A stretch of 64,000 nucleotides of DNA from an uncultured Methanomassiliicoccales archaeon (GTDB lineage: Archaea > Thermoplasmatota > Thermoplasmata > RBG-16-68-12 > JAJISG01). The notes under the pieces are model-generated. The model made no database searches, was not told the origin of the DNA, and worked only from the letters and a program-made list of their open reading frames with translations. The stretch is from contig CAYGBN010000002.1 of the NCBI GenBank assembly GCA_964348155.1, positions 3,520 to 67,519 of the forward strand, given 5' to 3'. Below are positions 8,701 to 16,290 of this stretch, one piece after another; the first letter of the stretch is position 1; each line of letters begins with the position of its first letter. The position numbers and the translations under genes are program-made.

Positions 8701-9228
8701 GTGGACGTGGACATCCTCCAGGTTCGGCGCATCGACCTCCGTTTGGCCGCCCAACCCCCCACCCTCTCTCCCGAAGCCCTGGAGCTCCCCGTGGAGCTGG
8801 TCAATCCCGGGAACGGCCCGGACGTCTACAACGTGATCCTCACGAACCCGCAGACCCTGGAGACCCAGGGTTGGCGAGCCGAGCTCCAGGTGGACGCCGA
8901 GGGGAGGGGGACCGCCGCGGAGGGACTGGCGGTCGCGGCCAGCGAGACGCGTGTCGTCACCCTCCGGCTGGAGGTCGTGGGGGCCGTGGGGCCCACCCGG
9001 GCCCTCCTGCGGGCCTTCTCCCAGGACGACTCCAGGGTGGAGACGTTGCTGGAGGTCCCCGTGGTCTTCCCGTCCCTCTCCATCCCCGTGGAGGACGTGG
9101 TCCTGGACGGCCCCAACGTCCGTTTGGGGGCCCCTTCCTTCCCCGTGTTCCTCTACGGGTCCCTGGCCGCCGCGGCCGCCCTCGTGGCCATCCTCCTCCT
9201 CACACGCCGCCGGAGGTCGCGTCGATGA
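2740..9228 (+). CDS. aglB: AglB/STT3 oligosaccharyltransferase (N-terminal ~900 aa) fused to a ~1250-aa C-terminal array of carboxypeptidase-regulatory-like/CARDB beta-sandwich repeats, with a C-terminal TM anchor
   Basis: Multi-TM N-terminus and the WWDYG catalytic motif (FLSWWDYGFEAIEEGRHPTVADNF). About 10 repeats of the G.Y…L.PG.Y.V type follow (GDYQVLMPSGEVRV, GVYEIAGLLPGDYSVVLL, GDYALHLPKGLYRVWAL, and others). There are two CARDB-like segments (RNTGNVDDRYGM…, VNPGNGPDVYNV…). The C-terminus is …VAILLLTRRRRSRR. Confidence 0.85.
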   Translation: MSLAEPGGGVTDEETFQKRLNFALVLGGIFALALFIRSFFVYDLALRDFLLSGGSDAFYYRWTIDHIVTTGTHLLRDGMLNYPLGMNNPRPPVYGWSVSIVGMMLGYLQGSLELGIAQSFLFSTAVWGALTIFPTYFLGRDIFGRRAGLVGAFFLALMPAHIQRSPLSNGDHDALVLFFVVTAFYFFLRALRELRQEEWVTRWTSPRAVVRGLRQLLLGNRRTILFSVMAGTAVAAVALTWQGWAYVPVVIMAYFIVQLLVHQVRNEDPLGVLLAFTVTLGTGVLLAAPYYVATGFVRTWFDIPLILFVASIGLGLLFTVFHRLPWVLVIPPVLLGFTGGLAIASFYSPAVANALTSGFGYFAPNKVFETIAEAQPPELSQAILSFGAVAYYLAIFGIGWMAIQFVRRPRADYLFALAWSAAAIFMAMSAVRFIFNASPAFALTSAWITVLLVERLGFEQLRRTVTASGGSRLTALRKGVKARHVAGAAFVALLLVLPNVWYGVDAAIPFERKAELDQQVYNAIPAPLQPGGYQEGSLFYFGAFGYNLPMKNTYFPQAWEWFRTQDAEVFPLTDRPAFLSWWDYGFEAIEEGRHPTVADNFQNGFEYAGHFLLAQSENEGIAVLNVRLLHGDLVEHGGALGSDVQAILLAHGLEPDLVRDVLERPTIYIPIIKADPDRFGQWDAQISRRNARVIYLKALLTETLDLDLQAALYRQLRMATGHSVDYFAVDSRLVPFSGSNTGIFYAPVKLTDHRTAELAGLRSVPVDFYRLLAETTDGRTFELQDVPPAAQIANVRIVYTEMFYNSMLYRIFFGQKGSDVGLEDEGLPAIAPPLDGQTPLHGYMLKHFQLAYRTAYYNPHPPQEVLNFTEEWTAVGLFEAQDLQEQIAAGEAVGTVDVSPSVALRQGIVVLRFYDGAILQGRVTAEDGRPLEGVRITVLDEEGIPHDTEFTDAQGDYQVLMPSGEVRVVASTGDLIGQSRTGSTLLGDVTLFVRKDQAARVPQDRDGDGRLDYQVRQDFTVPASTLRGVVFADGNRNAGREGGEGGRGGLGGEVRDGDGNVAGAGITGADGVYEIAGLLPGDYSVVLLRDDSQLEEEDVTLILGQATTHDLDLPAGHLLGTLRDEYGLPAVGGVVDIVEDATGRRWTVPVDEEGAFDAAGLVEGNYTIQGFLGARESLPERVRIPRGLNASRDLVAKPLGAVEGRIFVAFQPAPHASVWLQPRKIPTPVALQADAEGRFQASLPVGTYDAYALHYRAAEPHSFLGVLTVAEGAVQTWDIFLQPAVHVSGRVTLADAGEPGVSVTFAQGEASRTATTGDTGDYALHLPKGLYRVWALHPEGQYVASHSLGGTARLDLRLAEADSAEGRVFYDRNGNGTWDPGEGVEGVRLQFVEEGGVAFRLDAGAEGTYMVSLLPGTSYTLKVEEAGFLPLSLGPFTSVTFLPQTNLELRPEPVDVDGTLVPLDALDLEGTPVAFAPLGDGAEAAEATADASGAFVVDLLPGLYAVEVDAPEDGDEAVRIQLPEVRTLRIPVGKGNTTLAVEVVKRVQLNGSLEVAGGPMQGALLLQGPEELEVSVDGNYTVLLRPGNYTLFGGAFAGGLPYVLLERLSVTAPTTFNASLTPAAQVDGRVTVEGQAPPAAMDLTFLRTDGASLTLRTDAQGGYEAILAPGNYTVSLAWQGVDGVDGPLRFVRYSLSQEVALEAEEVRTLDLPVVRTLENATLEGRVLLGGMPASAQVTFEAANATAMDASLVTGGTFTVALAPGRYNVYVFRETGKTVSLSSLLVQPGTSNEVTLLLESGYRVAGIVSLPDGSRTTTTLTFAAEASVNVTTDAAGVYEAYLPAGTYALAARVQRTERGVPVEYSLEEEFVLVASTTRNLQLARRDDPAVTLAWDVQQRATVSAGSVVDYTLTLRNTGNVDDRYGMTASVPGWTFDFKPRRVTLPFGQDNEAVVEVRITTPPDALVEHPSLVVEAASLLGTGSRDLLSVDVDILQVRRIDLRLAAQPPTLSPEALELPVELVNPGNGPDVYNVILTNPQTLETQGWRAELQVDAEGRGTAAEGLAVAASETRVVTLRLEVVGAVGPTRALLRAFSQDDSRVETLLEVPVVFPSLSIPVEDVVLDGPNVRLGAPSFPVFLYGSLAAAAALVAILLLTRRRRSRR

Positions 9229-9992
9229 AAGCACGCGCTCTCGTCCCGCTGCTCCTCCTTCTCCCCCTCCTCCCCTGGGGAGTGCAGGGCCAGGGGCCCG
9301 TCGCCGTCTTCATCACCGCGCCGGACGCCGCGGGGACGGGGGACACCATCGTGGTCAACGTGACGGCGGCCGGAGGGCCTGCGGAGGAGGGGGGGACCTA
9401 CGAGCTGCGGGCCTTCCTCCGGGGGCCCGGCGACCTGACGGGGGCCTCCCCGGTGGAGGAGGGCCCGCTCCAGGAGAGCTCGGAGAACAACACGTTCTCC
9501 TTCAACGTGACCATGCCCCTGGAGGAGCAGGAGGTGGAGCTCGTGGTGGTGGTCAATTCCACGAAGGATGACACGTGGGTGGAGGGCGAGGCCACGAAGC
9601 GCATCAGGGCCCTGGTCCCCCTGCGCATCTCCGCGCGGGTGGTGAACACGGGCTCCGTGGAGGTGCGGAATGTGCCCGTGTACCTCTACCTGGACGGGAC
9701 GCTGGTGGACGAGACCGCCCTCGTCGTTCTGGGACCCTCGTCGTCGGTGACGGTGAGCTTCCGCTACCTTCCTGTGAACCTCGCGCCGGGGTCCCACACC
9801 CTGGAGATCCGCGTGGACATCAACGGGGACGGCGTGGTGGACCCGGCCCTGGGAGAGGTGTTGCGGCGGGTGACCTTCGTAAGGGAGGCGGAGCCCATCA
9901 ATCCCCTGTGGATCATCCTGGGGGCGGTGGGGGCCTTCGTGGCGGCCCTCTTCGTCGGGGGCTACATCCGGCAGCGGCGGCGCGGGCGCTAG
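9225..9992 (+). CDS. Signal-peptide protein with a CARDB-like domain and a C-terminal TM/basic anchor; start overlaps the aglB stop (ATGA)
   Basis: MKARALVPLLLLLPLLPWGVQG signal peptide. CARDB-like segment RVVNTGSVEVRNVPVYLYLDGTLVDETALVVLGPSSSVTVSF. C-terminal …WIILGAVGAFVAALFVGGYIRQRRRGR. The ATG at 9225 overlaps the aglB TGA at 9226-9228. Confidence 0.55.
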   Translation: MKARALVPLLLLLPLLPWGVQGQGPVAVFITAPDAAGTGDTIVVNVTAAGGPAEEGGTYELRAFLRGPGDLTGASPVEEGPLQESSENNTFSFNVTMPLEEQEVELVVVVNSTKDDTWVEGEATKRIRALVPLRISARVVNTGSVEVRNVPVYLYLDGTLVDETALVVLGPSSSVTVSFRYLPVNLAPGSHTLEIRVDINGDGVVDPALGEVLRRVTFVREAEPINPLWIILGAVGAFVAALFVGGYIRQRRRGR

Positions 9993-10627
9993 TCCTCGCC
10001 CAGCTTCTCCAAGCGCCGCTCCAGCTCGTAGCTCCGAAGGGCCACGGCCACCTCTCCCCTGGTCTTCTCCAGGAGGCCGCGAGCGATGTCCTGCTTCCGC
10101 TTGACGGCCACCAGCGCCGTGGGGTGGTGGAAGCGCATGAGGCCGTCGTAGAGGACCTCCATCGCCTCCAAGGCCTCCATCGCCCGAGGCACCTCGCCCT
10201 CCTTCAGGCACTCCAGGGCGTGCCGTCGCAACTCCCCCACCACATCCCCCAGCCCCAGAAGGTAGGCGTTGGGGGTGACGGCTAGGTCTCGGGGGGTGGG
10301 GAGGGGGGTCCCGTGGATGAGGCTCTGGGCCACGGCCGCCTCCGTCATGTCCTGCTGGGCGTTCTCCACGAAGCCCGCGTGGTAGATGTCCGGGTGGTCC
10401 TTCAGCAGGCTCCGGAGCCTGAGGGCCTCCTCCCGGGCCTTCTCTAGGGGCCCGCCGACGTCGCCGTCGCCGTGGAGGGCCCCTAGGGCGCCCACGGACA
10501 GGCGGGCCACCGCCCGACTGGACTTCAGGGCGAGCTCCCGCACGGTGTCCTTCTCCTCCAGCACCGCCTCGACCTCGTCCAGAATCGCCTGCAGTTCCCT
10601 CCTCCGCTTCTCGTCCAGCAGGGGCAC
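9989..10627 (-). CDS. Translin/TRAX-family protein
   Basis: C-terminal half AYLLGLGDVVGELRRHALECL…LYDGLMRF…LVAVKRKQDIARGLLEKTRGEVAVALRSYE resembles the TRAX/translin conserved block (YLLGIADLTGELMR … KKL..L…L.K.E). GTG start at 10625-10627, 2 nt after the purD stop. The upstream part of the 315-aa track ORF is Arg-rich artefact overlapping purD. Confidence 0.55.
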   Translation of the reverse strand: MPLLDEKRRRELQAILDEVEAVLEEKDTVRELALKSSRAVARLSVGALGALHGDGDVGGPLEKAREEALRLRSLLKDHPDIYHAGFVENAQQDMTEAAVAQSLIHGTPLPTPRDLAVTPNAYLLGLGDVVGELRRHALECLKEGEVPRAMEALEAMEVLYDGLMRFHHPTALVAVKRKQDIARGLLEKTRGEVAVALRSYELERRLEKLGED

Positions 10628-10628
10628 G

Positions 10629-11969
10629 CTACTCCCCCCGGAGCGCCCGCATCCGCTCCACCTTCCTCTCCACCGACCACGCCTTCCCGATGTCGTGGCG
10701 CATGGTGACGCGCCCCTGCACGTGGGTGAGCCCCTTCTCGGCCAGGGCCTCTGCCTCGGGGAGGTCCTCCGCCACACCCACCACGGCCAGGGTCCGAGAC
10801 GTGGTGGTGAACAGCCCCCCGTTCCTCTCGTCGACGGCGGCGTAGTACAGGCGGGCGCCCCCCTCCCGCACCGCCGCCTCGTTGACGTGGACCTCCTGGT
10901 CCGCCAGGGACTTCGTCCCGTATCCTTCGGGGACAACGTACTTGCACACCGTGGCCCGGGGACGGAAAGCGACGCGCTCTCCCAGTCGGCCGTCCACGAT
11001 GGCCATGCACACCTCCACGAAGTCCTCCGTCAGGATGGGGAGGACGTTCATGGCCTCCGGATCGCCGAAGCGGGCGTTGAACTCCAAGACCTTGGGCCCC
11101 TCGGGGGTGAGGATGAAGCCGCCGTAGAGCACGCCCTTGTAGGGACGCCCCTCGGCGCGCAGGGCCTCCACCACGTTCCGCATGATGGCCACGGCGGCGT
11201 CGTAGTCCCTCCGGGGGAGGAAGGGAAGCAGCCCGTCGGCGGCGGAGATGGAGCCCATGCCGCCCGTGTTCGGCCCTTCGTCCCCCTCCCGGGCGCGCTT
11301 GTAGTCCTGGACGGCGGGCATGGGGGCGACGTGCTGTCCGTCGGTGAAGGCCTGCAAGGAGAACTCCTCCCCCTCCTCCCGCCGCTCAATGAGGACGCGG
11401 GCCTCGCCGCCAATGCGCTTCTCCAGAACCTCCTGGACGTACGCCAGCGCCTCCTCCCGCGTGTGGAAGTGGTCCCCCATGACCCGAACCCCCTTTCCCC
11501 CCGTGAGGCCGATGGGCTTCACGACGACGGGGGTCTCGGTCTCCTTGAGGTGCTGCTTCGCCGCCTCGATGTCGCCAAAGGCGCGGTACGCCACCTGGCC
11601 GGGGACGCCGTGATGCCGCATGAGGTCCCGGGCGAACTCCTTGGAGAGCTCGATCTGGGCCGCCTTCCGCGAGGGGCCCACGGTGGGGATCCCGGCGGCC
11701 TCCAGGCGGTCCACGAGGCCGTAGCCCAGCGGGGCCTCGGGTCCCACGACGGCCAGGTCCACGTCCATGGCCTCCCCCCACGCCACGACCTTCGCCACGT
11801 CGTTCTCATCGTGCAGGCGCACCTCCTCCGCCTCCCGCGCGATCCCCGGGTTGCGGTTCTTCATGACGGCGTAGACGCGGGCGTCGCTCCGCCGAAGGGC
11901 CTCCACGATGGCGTGCTCCCTTCCTCCCCCGCCAATGGCCAGGACCTTCAAGGGACCACGGCTCCCCAA
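10629..11969 (-). CDS. purD: Phosphoribosylamine--glycine ligase
   Basis: VLAIGGGGREHAIVEAL…ATP-grasp…FNARFGDPE… over the full length of PurD. Confidence 0.9.
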   Translation of the reverse strand: MGSRGPLKVLAIGGGGREHAIVEALRRSDARVYAVMKNRNPGIAREAEEVRLHDENDVAKVVAWGEAMDVDLAVVGPEAPLGYGLVDRLEAAGIPTVGPSRKAAQIELSKEFARDLMRHHGVPGQVAYRAFGDIEAAKQHLKETETPVVVKPIGLTGGKGVRVMGDHFHTREEALAYVQEVLEKRIGGEARVLIERREEGEEFSLQAFTDGQHVAPMPAVQDYKRAREGDEGPNTGGMGSISAADGLLPFLPRRDYDAAVAIMRNVVEALRAEGRPYKGVLYGGFILTPEGPKVLEFNARFGDPEAMNVLPILTEDFVEVCMAIVDGRLGERVAFRPRATVCKYVVPEGYGTKSLADQEVHVNEAAVREGGARLYYAAVDERNGGLFTTTSRTLAVVGVAEDLPEAEALAEKGLTHVQGRVTMRHDIGKAWSVERKVERMRALRGE

Positions 11970-11990
11970 CCCAGGGGCACGTTAAAACGT

Positions 11991-12866
11991 TTAGGGGGGG
12001 CCCTGTCCGGCGGCCACCGTGTTCTTCAGGAGCATGGCCACGGTCATGGGCCCCACGCCTCCGGGGACGGGGGTGATGGCCCCCGCCACCCGGGACACCG
12101 CGTCGAAATCCACGTCCCCCACGATGCGGTACCCCCGGGGGGCCTCCGGGTCGGGCACCCGGTTGATGCCGACGTCCACCACCACGGCTCCCGCCTGGAC
12201 CATCTCCGCCCCGACCAGCCCCGGGCGCCCCGCGGCCACCACCAGGATCTCCGCCCGTCGCGCGTGGTCCTCCAGCCGCGCCGTGTGCGAGTGGCACACC
12301 GTCACCGTGGCGTTTCCTCCCTCCGCCTTCTGCATGAGAAGCGCCGCCAGGGGCTTGCCCACCAGGCCGCTTCGCCCGACGATGACCACGTCCTTCCCTT
12401 CGGGGGGATGGCCCGAACGAAGGAGGAGCGTCTGGATGCCCAGGGGAGTCGCCGGGACGAAGGTGGGACTGCCCGCCAGCAGCCGCCCCATGCTGACCGG
12501 GTGAAAGCCGTCCACGTCCTTCGCGGGGGCCACGGCTCCCAGGGCCGCTTGCTCGGACAGGTGGGGCGGAAGGGGCCGCTGGACCAAGATGCCGTGCACG
12601 GAGGGGTCCTCGTTCAGGCCGTCGATGCGGGCCTGCAGCTCCCGCTGGGATGCATCCGCCGGCAGCCGCTCCACGCGGGATGTGATGCCCACCTCCCGGC
12701 TCGCCCTCCGCTTGGTCTCGACGTAGATCCGGGAGGCAGGGTCATCGCCCACCAGGACGGCAGCCAGTCCCAGGACCACGCCCTCCCGCCCGAGGCCCGC
12801 CACCTCCTCCTTCACCTCCTGGCGGATGCGGCGGGCTAGGGCCCTCCCGTCGATGATCTCGGCCAT
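11991..12866 (-). CDS. folD: Bifunctional methylenetetrahydrofolate dehydrogenase/cyclohydrolase
   Basis: MAEIIDGRALARRIRQEVKEEV…GLAAVLVGDDPASRIYV…KDVDGFHP…VIVGRSGLVGKPLAALL… Start assigned to the internal ATG (MAEIIDGRAL). The upstream 26 codons of the track ORF are unlikely to be translated. Confidence 0.9.
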   Translation of the reverse strand: MAEIIDGRALARRIRQEVKEEVAGLGREGVVLGLAAVLVGDDPASRIYVETKRRASREVGITSRVERLPADASQRELQARIDGLNEDPSVHGILVQRPLPPHLSEQAALGAVAPAKDVDGFHPVSMGRLLAGSPTFVPATPLGIQTLLLRSGHPPEGKDVVIVGRSGLVGKPLAALLMQKAEGGNATVTVCHSHTARLEDHARRAEILVVAAGRPGLVGAEMVQAGAVVVDVGINRVPDPEAPRGYRIVGDVDFDAVSRVAGAITPVPGGVGPMTVAMLLKNTVAAGQGPP

Positions 12867-13031
12867 GGATCTCACGACGAAACCGCGGCCTTCGGTTAAG
12901 GCTTCCCTCGACGGAGCGGAGGGAGCGGCGGAAAAAGGTGCCAAATGGGTGGGGTTTCAAGGAGGGGGGAGGTTGCCCATTTGACACCCGTCAGTATTCT
13001 ACCGGACGCCTGGATATAAAGCTTTGTCCAC

Positions 13032-14045
13032 TTGTCCGGGACGGCGTTCGACCGAGCCGGGGCGAAGGCGGTTATAGCCCGTGGCCCTTCGGCACCCCGT
13101 GCGGGATCCTGCGGAGGGTCCGGGCTGAGTCGCCTCCAAGACCTCCTTCGGGCCGGCCACTTCGTAGTCACGGCGGAGGTGAACCCCCCAGCCTCCGCGT
13201 CCCTGGCGGACCTTCGAAAGGCGACGGCGGCCATGCGGGGGACCGCGGACGCCTACAACGTGACGGACAACATCCGGGCCTACGTCCGGATGGCCAGCTG
13301 GGCGGGGGCGCTCCTCCTCCTTCGAGAGGGGATGGAGCCCATCCTGCAGATGGTGACTCGGGATCGGAACCGCATCGCCCTGCAGTCCGACCTGCTGGGG
13401 GCGGCGGCCCACGGGGTGCGCAACGTGCTGTGCCTGGGCGGGGACGACCCGAGGAGGGGAGGAGAGCCCAGCGCAAGGGCGGCGGAGGACCTTACCCCGG
13501 AGGACCTGCTGGCGGCCTTCCGTCGGCTTCGGGATGAGGGGGTGCTCCGGGGGGGCGAACGCGTGGAGACCTGGCCGGACGTCTTCCTGGGAGCCGTCTC
13601 CAATCCCTTCGGCGGGAGCTACGCCGTGGGCGCGGACATCCTGGAGCGGCGGGTGGAGGCGGGGGCAGAGTTCGTGCAGACCCAGGCGGTGTTCGACGTG
13701 GAGGGGTTGGAGGCCTACCTGCACGAGGTGCGGGCCCGAAACCTCCACCGGAGGGTGGCCCTCTTGGGCGGCGTGATCCCCTTGAAGTCGGCCAAGATGG
13801 CCCGCTTCCTTGAGGCGAGGGTGGCGGGCATCCGGATGCCCTCCCACGTGGTGGAGCGGATGGAGGGGGCGAGCGACCCGGCGGCGGAGGGGGTCCGGAT
13901 CTGCCTCGAGACCCTGGATGCGGTGCAGGGGCTGGAGGGGCTGGCGGGGGTCCACCTCATGCCCGTGGGATGGGGGGCCCAGGTCGCGGCCATCGTGGAT
14001 CGGGCGGGACTTCTTCCCCGTCCAGACCCCGTTGAAAAGGCTTAA
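13032..14045 (+). CDS. metF: 5,10-methylenetetrahydrofolate reductase (MetF-like)
   Basis: …LSRLQDLLRAGHFVVTAEVNPP… and a MetF TIM-barrel fold throughout. The track start at 13032 (TTG) gives an implausible low-complexity N-terminus. The conserved N-terminus begins at the in-frame CTG at 13125-13127, and no ATG/GTG/TTG is available (see findings). A TATA-like ATATAAAG lies at about 13012. Confidence 0.8.
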   Translation: MSGTAFDRAGAKAVIARGPSAPRAGSCGGSGLSRLQDLLRAGHFVVTAEVNPPASASLADLRKATAAMRGTADAYNVTDNIRAYVRMASWAGALLLLREGMEPILQMVTRDRNRIALQSDLLGAAAHGVRNVLCLGGDDPRRGGEPSARAAEDLTPEDLLAAFRRLRDEGVLRGGERVETWPDVFLGAVSNPFGGSYAVGADILERRVEAGAEFVQTQAVFDVEGLEAYLHEVRARNLHRRVALLGGVIPLKSAKMARFLEARVAGIRMPSHVVERMEGASDPAAEGVRICLETLDAVQGLEGLAGVHLMPVGWGAQVAAIVDRAGLLPRPDPVEKA

Positions 14046-14066
14046 CTAAGCCTTCGCCATAGGGAG

Positions 14067-15623
14067 GTGGTAATAGGCATGGTCGCTTCGCGTTGGGCCC
14101 TCCTCAGCGCCTACGACAAGGAGGGCATCGACGACCTCGCCCGGGAGCTTTTGCACTGGGACTACCGCCTCCTGGCCAGCGCGGGGACGGCCCGCCACCT
14201 GAAGGCGCAGGGCCTCGCCGTGGAGACGGTGGAGGAGCTGACGGGCTGGGGGGAGATGCTCCAGGGGAGGGTGAAGACCCTCCATCCCAAGGTCATGGCG
14301 GGGATCCTGGCCCGACGGGGCGTAGCGGACGATCGGCGGGCCGTGGAGGAGGCGGGGGCGCCCCTCATTGACGCGGTGGCCGTGAACCTCTATCCCTTCG
14401 AGGAGGCGGTCGCCCGCCGTGCCACCCCCGAGGAGGCCCTGGAGATGGTGGATGTGGGGGGGCTGACGCTGCTGCGCGCGGCGGCAAAGAACTGGCCCCA
14501 CGTCACGGTCCTCGCTCACCCCGCCCAGTACCCCTCCCTGGTGGAGGCGCTGCGCCGCGGGAAGGGGGAGATTGGGCCCGAGATGCGGCGACGCTACGCC
14601 GTTGAGGCCTTCGCCGTGACGAGCCGGTACGAGACGTCCGTCTACAACTACCTGGCCTCCTCCGCGGAGGAGGGGAGCCTGCCGCCGGAGTTGCGCCTCG
14701 CCTATCCCCAGGCGTGGAGCCTACGCTACGGGGAGAACCCCTATCAGCAGGCGGCCTTCTACCGGGACCCGCGCTACCTCGGGACCTCCGTCGCCTCCTC
14801 GGAGGAGCTCTTCCGCCGCGGGCTCTCCTTCAACAACATCCTCGACCTGGACGCGGCCCTGGAACTCGTGATGAAGTTCGACCGTCCCACCGCGGCCATC
14901 ATCAAGCACACGAACGCCTCCGGCGTGGCCAGCTCCGACGACCTGGCGGAGGCCTACCGACGCGCCCGGGCCTGCGACCCCAAGTCGGCGTACGGCTGCG
15001 TCGTGGGCTTCAACCGCGAGGTGACCCAGGATGTTGCCGAGGCCATGCGCACGCACTTCGTGGAGGCCATCATTGCCCCCGACTACGCGGAGCGGACGGT
15101 GGAGATCCTGAAGCGAAAGAAGAAGCTCCGCGCCCTGCGGACGGGGGGGCCCATCCGCTGGGAGCCCTCGCGGCAGGTCCTGGGGGTCCGTGGGGGCGTC
15201 CTGCTCCAGACACGGGAGCGGGTCGTTTTGGCGCCGGGCGACCTGAAGCCCGTCACCCGCGTGAAGCCCACCGAGGCCCAGGTGTCGTCCATGCTCTTCG
15301 CGTACCGCGTCCTGGGCCACGTGAAGTCCAACGCCATCGTCCTCGCTGCGGACGAGCGGACGGTGGGCATCGGCAGCGGGCAGATGAGTCGCGTGGACGC
15401 CGTCGTCGTGGCATGCATGAAGGCGGGAGCGGCCGCCAAGGGGAGCGTCCTGGCCAGCGACGCCTTCTTCCCCTTCCGTGACGGCGTCGACGAGGCCGCC
15501 GCAGGGGGGGTGGAGGCCATCATCCAGCCCGGCGGATCCATTCGAGACCAGCAGGTCATCGACGCCGCCGACGAGCACGGCCTGGCCATGGTCTTCACCG
15601 GCGCGCGGGTGTTCCGACACTGA
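14067..15623 (+). CDS. purH: Bifunctional AICAR transformylase / IMP cyclohydrolase
   Basis: MGS-like N-terminus (ALLSAYDKEGIDDLARELL…) plus AICARFT domain with full-length PurH similarity. Confidence 0.9.
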   Translation: MVIGMVASRWALLSAYDKEGIDDLARELLHWDYRLLASAGTARHLKAQGLAVETVEELTGWGEMLQGRVKTLHPKVMAGILARRGVADDRRAVEEAGAPLIDAVAVNLYPFEEAVARRATPEEALEMVDVGGLTLLRAAAKNWPHVTVLAHPAQYPSLVEALRRGKGEIGPEMRRRYAVEAFAVTSRYETSVYNYLASSAEEGSLPPELRLAYPQAWSLRYGENPYQQAAFYRDPRYLGTSVASSEELFRRGLSFNNILDLDAALELVMKFDRPTAAIIKHTNASGVASSDDLAEAYRRARACDPKSAYGCVVGFNREVTQDVAEAMRTHFVEAIIAPDYAERTVEILKRKKKLRALRTGGPIRWEPSRQVLGVRGGVLLQTRERVVLAPGDLKPVTRVKPTEAQVSSMLFAYRVLGHVKSNAIVLAADERTVGIGSGQMSRVDAVVVACMKAGAAAKGSVLASDAFFPFRDGVDEAAAGGVEAIIQPGGSIRDQQVIDAADEHGLAMVFTGARVFRH

Positions 15624-15632
15624 GGGGGGACG

Positions 15633-16268
15633 ATGGCGGAGTTTCGGGTCGGAATCCTGGCCTCGGGGCGGGGAACCGACTTCCAGTCCCTGGTGGATGC
15701 CGTGGAGCGTGGGGACTTGGCCGTCCGCCTGGCCATCCTCGTCTGCAACAACGAGGACGCCATGGCCATCGAGCGGGCGAAGAAGCACGGCATCCCCTGG
15801 CGCTTCATCGACCATCGGGGGAAGACCCGCCAGACGTTCGAGACGGAGGTGGCCATGACGCTGAAGGAGCACCGAGTGGACCTGGTGGTCTTCGCCGGGT
15901 TCATGCGCATCGTCACGGGCCACCTCATCAATCAGTTCCCCGACCGCATCATCAACATCCACCCCTCTCTGCTCCCCTCCTTCCCGGGGATCCACGCCCA
16001 GCGGGACGCCCTCGCCTACGGGGTGCGAGTCAGCGGCTGCACGGTGCACATCGTGGACGAGAGCGTGGATGGCGGGCCCGTGGTCTTCCAGAAGGCGGTC
16101 CCCGTCTACCCCGAAGACACCCCCGAGATCCTAGCGGACCGCATCCTGGAGGTGGAGCACCAGGTCCTGCCCTACGTCGTCCGCATGTTCGCCGAGGGGC
16201 GGGTCCATCGGACGGGGCGGACGGTGTCCATCCGCGACGAGGGGCGGGAGGGGTTCCCGCCGGTCTAG
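15633..16268 (+). CDS. purN: Phosphoribosylglycinamide formyltransferase
   Basis: RVGILASGRGTDFQSLVDAV… NIHPSLLPSFPG… typical PurN. Confidence 0.9.
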   Translation: MAEFRVGILASGRGTDFQSLVDAVERGDLAVRLAILVCNNEDAMAIERAKKHGIPWRFIDHRGKTRQTFETEVAMTLKEHRVDLVVFAGFMRIVTGHLINQFPDRIINIHPSLLPSFPGIHAQRDALAYGVRVSGCTVHIVDESVDGGPVVFQKAVPVYPEDTPEILADRILEVEHQVLPYVVRMFAEGRVHRTGRTVSIRDEGREGFPPV

Positions 16269-16290
16269 GCTCAGCGATGTCCGTGCGGCC

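Noticed and set aside
2740-9228. Possible CRISPR array or DNA tandem repeats suggested by the repetitive protein sequence of the aglB C-terminus
   Set aside because: The repetition is at the protein-domain level (divergent ~90-aa beta-sandwich repeats). The nucleotide sequences are not near-identical direct repeats and there are no spacer-like units. No CRISPR array was found anywhere in the window.
10386-12839. 817-aa plus-strand ORF and other overlapping ORFs across purD/folD
   Set aside because: Antisense to two well-supported genes (purD, folD). Composition is biased (R/G/P/H-rich). No domain signatures.
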